This document shows, one piece after another, positions 1 to 8,700 of a stretch of 51,745 nt of DNA (within the stretch, counting starts at the first letter, position 1; every line of letters starts with the position of its first letter). A program made the position numbers and the translations under genes. The notes below the pieces were generated by a model. That model ran no database searches, was not told where the DNA came from, and was given only the letters and a program-made list of their open reading frames with translations. Origin of the DNA: Candidatus Woesearchaeota archaeon (GTDB lineage Archaea > Nanobdellota > Nanobdellia > Pacearchaeales > GW2011-AR1); NCBI GenBank assembly GCA_964519415.1, contig CAZFJM010000001.1, forward strand, positions 34,294-86,038, in the 5' to 3' direction.

Positions 1-176
1 AATTCATCTCCTGTTAATTCAACTCCATTTGCATCTCGCAAAATTACAGGCGCAACAGGTTCTGTTATTCTCCCTACATGTTTTACTATTTGAGATTGTT
101 TCCAACCCTCTATAGACATTCCTAAAGTATCTCCATAACCGCTGCCAACACAAGTCGCAATATATTTACCTATCAT
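1..176 (-). CDS. ADP-ribosylglycohydrolase (ARH/DraG) family protein, N-terminal fragment truncated by the window edge
   Basis: Own translation of the minus strand from ATG at 176..174 gives MIGKYIATCVGSGYGDTLGMSIEGWKQSQIVKHVGRITEPVAPVILRDANGVELTGDE-. The G-x-GD-x-LG-x3-E N-terminal pattern is typical of the ARH family. Its ATG overlaps the TGA of the upstream Nudix-like ORF (ATGA). It is absent from the ORF track because it is truncated. Confidence 0.45.
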   Translation of the reverse strand, partial: MIGKYIATCVGSGYGDTLGMSIEGWKQSQIVKHVGRITEPVAPVILRDANGVELTGDE

Positions 177-718
177 CTTAAATTTTCTCTCTTTAATTTT
201 TCATAAAATAATAAAGCCATAGTTTTTGCTCCAATTATTCTACCTTCAAGCGCCATCTGATAAACTTCTTGAAATGGTTTTTTCACAATATTTATTTTTT
301 CAGTATCTTCCAATCTTTGACCAACTTCTTCACTTTCACCCCTAGCTATAAACATATAGACAAATTCAGAATCATGTCCTGCAGAAGAAGCAACCTTTCC
401 TAAATATTCTACTTGTTCTTCTTTTATCTTTCTTCCACATTCCTCTTCTAAACCTTCAAGCATAACTTCTAAAGGACTTTTACCAGGCTTATCAAGCGTT
501 TCAGCAGGTAAACATAACTCCATTTGATCAATTGCAGGCCTAAATTGCTGAGTCATGTAAACCATGTCTACCTCATCAATATACAACATAATAGCCGCAT
601 CTTTTGAGAGAACTACATCGTATTTTATTTTTCCAAAAGGCCGTTTAATTAACTTCACATGCCCGCTATAAACTAATTCGTCTCCTTCTTTCATACCTGG
701 AATTTCTTTAGAAACCAT
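173..718 (-). CDS. Nudix-fold hydrolase-like protein (ADP-ribose pyrophosphatase-like) with a degenerate Nudix box
   Basis: 181 aa. LPAETLDKPGKSPLEVMLEGLEEECG aligns to the Nudix box Gx5Ex7REUxEExGU, but the RE pair reads EG while EExG is kept. It overlaps the nadE 3' end by 11 nt and sits in an NAD-metabolism operon. Confidence 0.5.
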   Translation of the reverse strand: MVSKEIPGMKEGDELVYSGHVKLIKRPFGKIKYDVVLSKDAAIMLYIDEVDMVYMTQQFRPAIDQMELCLPAETLDKPGKSPLEVMLEGLEEECGRKIKEEQVEYLGKVASSAGHDSEFVYMFIARGESEEVGQRLEDTEKINIVKKPFQEVYQMALEGRIIGAKTMALLFYEKLKRENLR

Positions 719-2627
719 TTTTCAAAATCTCCTGTTTTAATTTTTCAAATTTCTCTGATTTCAAATTAGGAAGAATACTTTCTCTAATATCATACCCGAA
801 AGCAGATTTACTAGTAAGAATAATTGGGGGGGCTTGAACTCTTTTGAAAACATTATTATTTAATTTATTAAAAAACCAAACAATATCTTCCACAAAAACT
901 TTAGGATTATTAATTTCCCAACGCTCTAACAACTCATTACTTACGCCTATATTCTTTGCTAAACTACCTTCTAAATACCATTCCATTATTTTTTCTATTC
1001 CAACTTTTTTATAATTCAAAACAGTATCAAGCAATGCACAATGATAACCGAATTTCATAGGATCAATTTGATTATTTTTTAGTTCTGCACTAGGTATTAT
1101 CTTTTCATTGCTAAATCTCCATAATTCATCTGGAAAAAGAATTGCAGGTATAACTTCATCCTTGTATACTTCATTATTTAGATATTTACACATTTGAACA
1201 ACTTCTGTTTTTGTAAGATCAGCTATAGGTGCAATTGCACCCCCGACATCCCCATATAAAGTAGCATAACCTAAAGCGGTTTCTACCTTATTACCATTAT
1301 TTGTAAAAAAAGCATTATATTTTCCAGCTAAATTTGAAATAACAGTAGTGCCTCTTATCTTTGCTTGAATATTTTCTTCATTTAATTCGCTAACTTTTTC
1401 GCCATCGAATTCCAAGAGACCTCTATTTAGAATTACTAGATCTTCAATAGGAATAACATTATATTTTATTTGTAATTTATCTGCTAAAGCTTTTGCAGCA
1501 TCTTTAGTCTTATTACTGTTATACTTTGTAGGTAAGTTTACTCCAATAACATTTTCCTTACCAAAAGTTCTTTCAAGTAAACAAGCTACGAGACTACTAT
1601 CAATTCCACCAGATAAACCAATCACAAATTTAGGATCACGATCTAGGCTAGTTATATCTTTCATGTGTTTAAGACCTTTAATTATAGCGAGATATTTTTC
1701 TTCAATAGTATTCTTTGTTCCTCTAACCAACTCCTCGCCAAACAAAATATCTTCATTTACTATAATTAATTCTTCACGATATAAAGATTCAGCAAATAAA
1801 ACCGGTTTTCCATTGGAATTATAAACTGTAGTCCCACCATCGAAAGTAATAATATTCTTGCCATTATTTTGTGCACCTATGCAATTTACATAATAAAACG
1901 GAACAAAACTCTCTTTAGATTCTGACTTCAGAAAATCAATTCTCCTATCTCGAGCAATATTTTTATTATGTGTCCAAGGCGAAGCAGAAAGATTAACTAT
2001 TTTCTGAGCCCCATTATTTATTAGGAACTTAGTTACATTCAAAATATCTCCATTGTCTCTATAGTCCTCACACCATAAATCTTCGCATAACTCAAAGCCG
2101 ATTGGAATATTTTTTCCTTCAACTTCAATTAAGAAAGGCTGTGCTAATTCTTTTATTGAAAGAGCATAATCTCTTGCCACCTCGTTAAGAGAAAAGAAAT
2201 ATCTTTCATCATCGAAGATTCTATAATTAGGAAGAAGAGTCTTTGGTTGAACTCCGTTAGGTAAAATAGGAACATCTTTTATTCTCTTAGCAACTTTTCC
2301 ATTTTGATAAACATAAACAGCATTATATTTTCTAACCCTTCCATCCTTATTTGGATGTCCTTCTTTTTTGTCAACATAAATATTACCAAATGCAACAGCA
2401 ATTCCATTAGAAGCTTCTAATATTTTTTTATTGAATTCCATTAAATCGAAGCAATATTCTTCATCTAGCCACTTATCTCCAATAAGATAACCACCAACAC
2501 ACATTTCAGAAAAGACAATCAAATCGACTTTTCCTCTCTTTGCTTCCTCAATTAACTCAAGCATTCTTTTAACATTTCTTTCAGGATTTCCAGCAACCAC
2601 TTCCATCTGAGCTAAAGCAAGTTTCAT
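708..2627 (-). CDS. nadE: Glutamine-dependent NAD+ synthetase (N-terminal CN-hydrolase/glutaminase domain + PP-loop synthetase domain)
   Basis: 639 aa. The N-terminal nitrilase-like region has FSEMCVGGY and GFELCEDLW (Glu and Cys triad contexts). The C-terminal domain has the PP-loop SGGIDSS. Length and two-domain order match long-form NadE. Confidence 0.9.
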   Translation of the reverse strand: MKLALAQMEVVAGNPERNVKRMLELIEEAKRGKVDLIVFSEMCVGGYLIGDKWLDEEYCFDLMEFNKKILEASNGIAVAFGNIYVDKKEGHPNKDGRVRKYNAVYVYQNGKVAKRIKDVPILPNGVQPKTLLPNYRIFDDERYFFSLNEVARDYALSIKELAQPFLIEVEGKNIPIGFELCEDLWCEDYRDNGDILNVTKFLINNGAQKIVNLSASPWTHNKNIARDRRIDFLKSESKESFVPFYYVNCIGAQNNGKNIITFDGGTTVYNSNGKPVLFAESLYREELIIVNEDILFGEELVRGTKNTIEEKYLAIIKGLKHMKDITSLDRDPKFVIGLSGGIDSSLVACLLERTFGKENVIGVNLPTKYNSNKTKDAAKALADKLQIKYNVIPIEDLVILNRGLLEFDGEKVSELNEENIQAKIRGTTVISNLAGKYNAFFTNNGNKVETALGYATLYGDVGGAIAPIADLTKTEVVQMCKYLNNEVYKDEVIPAILFPDELWRFSNEKIIPSAELKNNQIDPMKFGYHCALLDTVLNYKKVGIEKIMEWYLEGSLAKNIGVSNELLERWEINNPKVFVEDIVWFFNKLNNNVFKRVQAPPIILTSKSAFGYDIRESILPNLKSEKFEKLKQEILKNGF

Positions 2628-3280
2628 TTTAATCTCCCCTCAAGAACATCTTTAGTTGTTACAAATCTAACTTTATTAGCTTTCCATTTTTCTAAAACTA
2701 AATTTGTAGCTAATGGAGTTTGTGCTAAATGTGGTAAATCCTTCATAGCATCTAGTACAGCATAAACTTTTCTACCAGCTTCAATATTTCCCATTATTGC
2801 AAAGTCATCACAAACATTTAATGCGACACCATATACTATTACACTATTTGGATTTTTTAAATTAACAACTTCTTTTGTTAATTTGTTCCCAGCAAAGGCA
2901 TCAAATTGATTTTTGTAAAGAACAATATTCCTTTCTGTCCTAACTTTGTCTTCTTCATATTTTCCATCTCTACAATCAATTACATATGGATTAAAAGGAT
3001 CTGTTGCTGGAACAAACTTTGCACCCAATGTTTCTCGCTCACAATGCATAGGATAAGTACTTACAAAATTAGGTTCTCTACTTATTTCTGCATCTCCCCA
3101 AATATGCCAATCAGCAGTATTAATTACACCATAGTTATTCTCTCTCGCATGCTGTGTAAGTCTAAGCAAATTCTCTTCTATATCTCTTGCACCTGGAACA
3201 GCTAACTTTCCCCTATAAGAATCGTCATCTCTCATAAAGTCATATTGCGTATCTACATTCCAAAATATTATTTTTTCCAT
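2624..3280 (-). CDS. pncA: Nicotinamidase / isochorismatase-family cysteine hydrolase
   Basis: 218 aa. N-terminal WNVDTQYDF (catalytic Asp context) and YGVALNVCDDF (nucleophile Cys context). 4-nt overlap with nadE; its start abuts the pncB stop. Confidence 0.75.
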   Translation of the reverse strand: MEKIIFWNVDTQYDFMRDDDSYRGKLAVPGARDIEENLLRLTQHARENNYGVINTADWHIWGDAEISREPNFVSTYPMHCERETLGAKFVPATDPFNPYVIDCRDGKYEEDKVRTERNIVLYKNQFDAFAGNKLTKEVVNLKNPNSVIVYGVALNVCDDFAIMGNIEAGRKVYAVLDAMKDLPHLAQTPLATNLVLEKWKANKVRFVTTKDVLEGRLK

Positions 3281-4548
3281 TAGTATTTACACTCCTCAGC
3301 AATATATTTAGTAGGATCATAGCCGAAAACTTGGCAATACATAGACCTCTCTTCCATTGGCCCAGTTCCTTTTGCAAGATTATCACTAAGCTTCACAGTA
3401 GGTCTTCCATTTGCTTCTACGACCTTCATAACCAAAGAAATAGGTTTAAACAAAGGTTGGAAAGATATTTTTCCAAAGTCATTCGTTAAATCTGTTCCCA
3501 AACCAGCAACTTGTTTTATTCTATTCGGAAGATAATTATTTAAGGCCACAATTTTAGGAACATTTAGACCGTCGCTAGGAACAAATAACTTCTGTGTAGG
3601 GTCTATGCCTCTTTGCTCATAGAAATCTACCTGCCTCTTCTTAAATAAGAATGGATCTGCAGAGTCTTGTCTCATACCTTTCCATTGTTCTGCTTGTTCT
3701 TGACTCATATCTCTAAAAAAGAAATCAGTTCCAAAGGTGTCTGTTAAAGCGATACTTAAAGCAGTACCATATTCGTCAGTCCATTCATTTAATACAATAT
3801 TATGCGAAGCTCTAAGGCTCTCAAGAGTATTTGCCATCATTGCTGCCCTAACCATAAAAGTCTCATGAGCCATAGTCCCCATAGGTTTTAATCCATACTT
3901 CATAGCTAAATAAACATTAGAAGTCCCAACCATATTACCTGGAACTCTCGCCTTTAACTTACCCATTACATACTCTTGATTATCAAAACTTTCTCTTCTT
4001 CTTGTTCCAAATTCCATAAAGAAAGCAGTAGGATTTTGTTCAAATAATTTTATTTTTTCTTCCAAAAGTCGGTCTCTTTGTTCAGTTAAGTAAACTAATT
4101 GATCAGGAGTCATATTTCTTTTAAGTGCTCGATATAATAGCTCATTCTCAGTAGCTAAAGCCGGAGTTTCCCAATAGATTTCATTCTTCCATAAACCTTT
4201 TACTTCCATTTCAAAGTTATCATTTAAACCACAAGTAGACATTTCTAACTTATTAGCTAAAAAATCTAAATAGTCATCTTTGAAAATAGGTCTTGCATCA
4301 TCTAACCGTAGATTAGCTAAATAGTCCAATTCAGCAGTTGTAGGCCTTACATTTTGAATTCTATCTAATTCATGCCTTAATTCTCTTCCATCAACTATGT
4401 CCGCTAAACACACATCTTTTGTTCTATTTTTCGATTTAACTGTAACTTTCACATCTGGGTGTTGATGGAAGACATATTGCCCCATCGTAAGTTTATACAT
4501 ATCAGTATCTATGAAAGATCTTGTTGTTGGTTGATATCCTTTTTCCAT
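3280..4548 (-). CDS. pncB: Nicotinate phosphoribosyltransferase
   Basis: IDTDMYKLTM near the N-terminus is the NAPRTase hallmark, and length fits. The track ORF runs to 4569 only through a GTG. The first ATG (4548, MEKGYQPTT...) lies 21-31 nt downstream of a TATA-like element, so I place the start there. Confidence 0.85.
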   Translation of the reverse strand: MEKGYQPTTRSFIDTDMYKLTMGQYVFHQHPDVKVTVKSKNRTKDVCLADIVDGRELRHELDRIQNVRPTTAELDYLANLRLDDARPIFKDDYLDFLANKLEMSTCGLNDNFEMEVKGLWKNEIYWETPALATENELLYRALKRNMTPDQLVYLTEQRDRLLEEKIKLFEQNPTAFFMEFGTRRRESFDNQEYVMGKLKARVPGNMVGTSNVYLAMKYGLKPMGTMAHETFMVRAAMMANTLESLRASHNIVLNEWTDEYGTALSIALTDTFGTDFFFRDMSQEQAEQWKGMRQDSADPFLFKKRQVDFYEQRGIDPTQKLFVPSDGLNVPKIVALNNYLPNRIKQVAGLGTDLTNDFGKISFQPLFKPISLVMKVVEANGRPTVKLSDNLAKGTGPMEERSMYCQVFGYDPTKYIAEECKY

Positions 4549-4568
4549 GAGATAGTGTATAAAATACA

Positions 4569-4579
4569 CTATTTAAACC
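4569..4579 (-). promoter_or_regulatory. TATA-like promoter element for the pncB operon (GGTTTAAATAG on the minus strand)
   Basis: Lies 21-31 nt upstream of ATG 4548. The same spacing recurs at most operon starts in this window. Confidence 0.4.
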
Positions 4580-4630
4580 TTGTGGCGATAAAAGATATAT
4601 GTCTATACAAATTAAATATTCAAATTTGGA

Positions 4631-4801
4631 TTATTTTAATAATTTATCCGGTCTTTTTACTAAAGATCTCCAACCTTTTTTAACTATAACAGTATTCCCT
4701 TCTTGCAACTGTTTTTTACCTTTCGATTTTCTCTTTGCCAGAACAGCGTCTTTAGTAGCTAAAAACCTTGCTCTCTTCTTCACATAAAAACCCAAGCTCA
4801 T
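4631..4801 (-). CDS. Small basic protein (56 aa), unknown function
   Basis: Own translation: MSLGFYVKKRARFLATKDAVLAKRKSKGKKQLQEGNTVIVKKGWRSLVKRPDKLLK. It is below the track length cutoff. A TATA-like GGTTTATATTC (4822..4832) lies 21-31 nt upstream of its ATG, the same geometry as bona fide genes here. Confidence 0.3.
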   Translation of the reverse strand: MSLGFYVKKRARFLATKDAVLAKRKSKGKKQLQEGNTVIVKKGWRSLVKRPDKLLK

Positions 4802-4859
4802 AAATTAAGATAGAATATGGAGAATATAAACCTGACTAAAATAGAAAAAAGCTATAAGA

Positions 4860-5720
4860 TTATAACTTTTGAAGTTTTCTTTTCAAAACAGGTATATCTT
4901 GCTTAATTTCACTCAATCTTGCTTGATATTTTCTAACTCTGATGTTATAAACCAATTCAGATAGCTTATTTTCCTTATATCTCTCATTCTGTGTTCTTTC
5001 AATAAGTCTATTCAAGACTTTTTCTTCAACTTCCATCTTTGCAATTCTTCCTTTAAGAATTCGGACATAAATATAACCTGCAGAAAAATAAATAATTAAA
5101 CAAATAACTAAAAACAAGAAAATAATCCAATACAAATACCTATAAACAAAATTCTTTGCATTTTCCGTCAATAAATTAACAGTAGATATTTGTTCAAAAT
5201 CAGTCTCGAGTTGTAATCTTGCTTTGTCAACATAGCTAAAGGCATCAACATATTGTCCCTTGTAAAAACTGTCATTTGCAGAACTAATCAACACATCTGA
5301 AATTGAAACATCCACTCCTCTTTCTTTATATTCTACAGACTTCATATTTAAAGCAGTTATTGAATCGAAAATTTCATAGGTATCAAGTCTATATTGTGAA
5401 ATTAAAGAAGTATAGTACAAAACACTTGTATAACTGATATTTTTCCAACTAACCAATTTTAAAGCAGATTTAGCCTTTAACTTACCAGCTTCAGAAATAG
5501 AGGGATCACTTAAAATCTCAACATAAACTGCCTGTTGCATAACTATTTGAGCCTCAGAATATATATCATTAATATAGTCTACGTTAAATCCTTTCTCTTG
5601 GAGTTCATTAATAATGTTCAAAGAATTATTTAGAGAAAGTTGAGCATCATTAATGCTTTCATTCTGAGCAAATGCGAAACCAACTATAAAAATAAAACAA
5701 ATTAAAATACCTATCTTCAT
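4860..5720 (-). CDS. Signal-peptide protein with helical ectodomain, one TM helix and a cytoplasmic coiled coil; paralog of the C-terminal anchor region of the giant surface protein
   Basis: 286 aa. N-terminal MKIGILICFIFIVGFAFA signal. INELQEKGFNVDYINDIYSEAQ, FYKGQYVDAFSYVDKARLQLE and TM YLYWIIFLFLVICLIIYF match INSMKERGFNIIELEQLYSQARQ, AFDRGDYVTALERAKKADLLLRLE and YLYWPQILFVLIILVISL of the upstream 2926-aa protein. 4-nt overlap with that gene. Confidence 0.65.
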   Translation of the reverse strand: MKIGILICFIFIVGFAFAQNESINDAQLSLNNSLNIINELQEKGFNVDYINDIYSEAQIVMQQAVYVEILSDPSISEAGKLKAKSALKLVSWKNISYTSVLYYTSLISQYRLDTYEIFDSITALNMKSVEYKERGVDVSISDVLISSANDSFYKGQYVDAFSYVDKARLQLETDFEQISTVNLLTENAKNFVYRYLYWIIFLFLVICLIIYFSAGYIYVRILKGRIAKMEVEEKVLNRLIERTQNERYKENKLSELVYNIRVRKYQARLSEIKQDIPVLKRKLQKL

Positions 5721-8700
5721 TTTTTCACTCCTTTTGATTTAAGTAACTCATCAACTTTTCTTTTTAACTCTTGCTCTTTTCTCTCATTATGTTTATCTAA
5801 AAAAGAAAACCAAGATTCCTTAGGTTTAACATTACGTTTTTCCTTATTAATATCTACAATAAGCTTTTCATCCTCTATTTCTGCAAGACGATTATTCAAT
5901 AATTCAAAGCCTGTTCTATAATTGCTCTCAGGTATCTTCTTTTCCTTATAGAAGTCTTCTTGAATTTTTATTATCTCTTTTTCTACTTCTTTCTTTTCAT
6001 TATTTAAATCACTATCAAATTGCTCAGCAGATAAAGTTTTTACTCTTACATTTCTCAAATTAATTCTAGACTTTCTAATAATAGCCAAACGATTATTATA
6101 TTGGCTCAATCTATTATGATATTCAACAGAACTAATTTTACCAGAATAATAATTCTTTTGATTATCAGCAACAAATTTATTTAAATTATCTTCTTCGACA
6201 TCATAATCTCTAATCTGAGAAGAAATTCTTCTCTTGGAATATTGTGAATACGCAATTCTCAAAGAGATAACTAAAATAATCAATACGAATAATATTTGTG
6301 GCCAATATAAATAAACAAAAATAAATAAATTTCCTTTCTGTTCAAGCCTTAATAATAAATCTGCTTTCTTAGCTCTTTCTAAGGCAGTAACATAATCTCC
6401 CCTATCAAAAGCAGCATCAGCCATATTCAGAACATCTTCAATAGCGCTAGAATAAAATATAGTATTCTGTGTAGTATCTGACTTAACAACATTCCCAGCT
6501 AATAAATTAATGTCTTTAGGATTTTGTAATATTTGTCTAATTAAATCGATTAATCTTCTCGCTTCAAATGCTGTTTCTTTTAGTTTAATAACTTTAGAGG
6601 AGATATCATATGACTCTTTATTATGTTCATCAGATTCTAATTTTTGTCTTGCCTGTGAATATAATTGCTCTAGCTCAATAATATTGAACCCTCTTTCTTT
6701 CATAGAATTAATAGCCTCTTCTGCCAAACTTAATTCAACAAAACTTTCTTCTTTAGATATCTCTTGTATAACTAATTTAATATTTTGTGTCTCAACATAA
6801 GATTCACGACCAGTTGCACTAACTAAAGTTCCTTTTATTACTGCTTTTATAGTGTATTCTTCATAACTCTTATAACTTGGCGCAGATAAAAAGACTTCAA
6901 AAGAACCATTCTGACCATAAGCTAATCTTTCTATAAAAGAAGGACTTATCTTCAAGTATTTAGCAGGGAAACCAGTCAATTCAACACTAATATTTTCTAA
7001 AGTTTGATTAGAGTATTTATTTCCAAAAGTAATTATAAATCCTGTGTTATTTCCTCTAACAACTTCAACATTATTAGAATATACTATTGACTTTCCTCCA
7101 CCATTAGCGGAAGCACCGCCACTGCCACCACCAACAGAAGGTCCTGGAACTTCAACTACTTGAGTAACTGTTAAAGGATTTGTAATAGCAACAACTTTAG
7201 AGGCATTTGCAGAATCAGCATTCGTAGACGAAGCTAAAGCAATAACTGTTAAATTAGAATCGCTGATATTTGAAGAAACATTTATAGTGATTAAATTAGA
7301 TCCAGAACTTCCAACACCTAATGTTGCAGGGCCAGAAACCAAATTTCCAGAAACCAAATTGAATCCTTCAGGCAAACTCCAATTCAAATAAACATTTTGT
7401 GCATCCGCAGTTCCTAAATTTATAACAGTTGCAGAGAAAGTAACGTCATCTTCTCCACGAGTTACTCTAGAAGAATAAGTATCAATAGAAACAGATAAAT
7501 ATGGACCGCTTGCAGATTGAACATTTAAATTTCTCTCTATCACTTCTGTTCCAGCAGCAGAAGTTACTGTAATATTGAAAGGATACAATCCAGAAGTTAA
7601 ACCGGTCAAATTCACATACAATGGAACATATAATACTGTACCGCTAAGAGCCGTATAATTTTCAGTTTGATTCAAGGTGTTATTTAGATTAAATCTGCTT
7701 AATTCACTATCTGCAGAAATAGTAACATTATAATCTAATGAACTATCAGAAGTAGTATTTAATATTATATATCCAAGTTCATTTGAGGAAGTCCTTTGTG
7801 CATAAGTAAACGACACTATAGAACTAATGTTAGTAACAATATCCTGTGAAACATCTAAAGCAACTTCAAACGAATAATTTGCACTAATATTAGTATTACC
7901 TTGTGCATCAGTTGCATTAATATAGAAAGTCCAATTTCCAGCAGCCAAACCAATCAAAGTAGAATTATACTCTATTAAACTTGTATTTGTCATTAACTCA
8001 GAATTCCAAGAAGACCCATTATCATCACTGTAATAAACTTCAACTGAACCGATTATATAATCATCAGAAACAGACGCATTTACAGTAACATTTACTCCCG
8101 GATCCAAACTATTGAAATCTGTAGGAGTATAGCTAATACCGCTTAGCAAAGGATTTGTATCATCTAAAACTTGAACAGCACTGCTAGAACTATCATTTGT
8201 TCTTCCAGATAAATCAACTAAAAACAACTGAACAGAATAACTACCAGGAGTGTAGTTTCCCTCTGTAAAAAGATAATTTACACTTGCACTTGTTCCAGTC
8301 AAATCTATTTCTGAACTATTTACAAAACTTCCAGAGAAATTATAACTTAAGATGGCATAATTTAAACCCATAGCATCCGAAACCGAAGCAACACAAGTTA
8401 GATTCTTTGAAGCATTAACAGAAGAATTACAAATAAATGAACTTACTGCAGGATTATTCAAATCAGTGTAGATAGTGACATTTCTGCTACCCTGATTTTT
8501 GTTAGTTGAAGTATCATTAGCATAAAATTCAATTATATGCTCTCCTTCAGTCAAAGTTATTGTTTTATTCCAGTCTACCAAACTAACATTACCTAAATCA
8601 ACTAGAGATCCAGTAGCATTTCTATATCCTGCCCAACTAAGATTCTTGTCTGAAGTAATATTCAATAAGGTACTTGCAGAAGTATAATAAGTTCCATTTA

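Noticed and set aside
4599-4787. 62-aa plus-strand ORF between pncB and the surface island
   Set aside because: It has no promoter or SD and a hydrophobic, odd composition. The minus-strand 56-aa ORF (4631..4801) in the same space has a canonical-distance TATA element, although it is itself only a low-confidence call.
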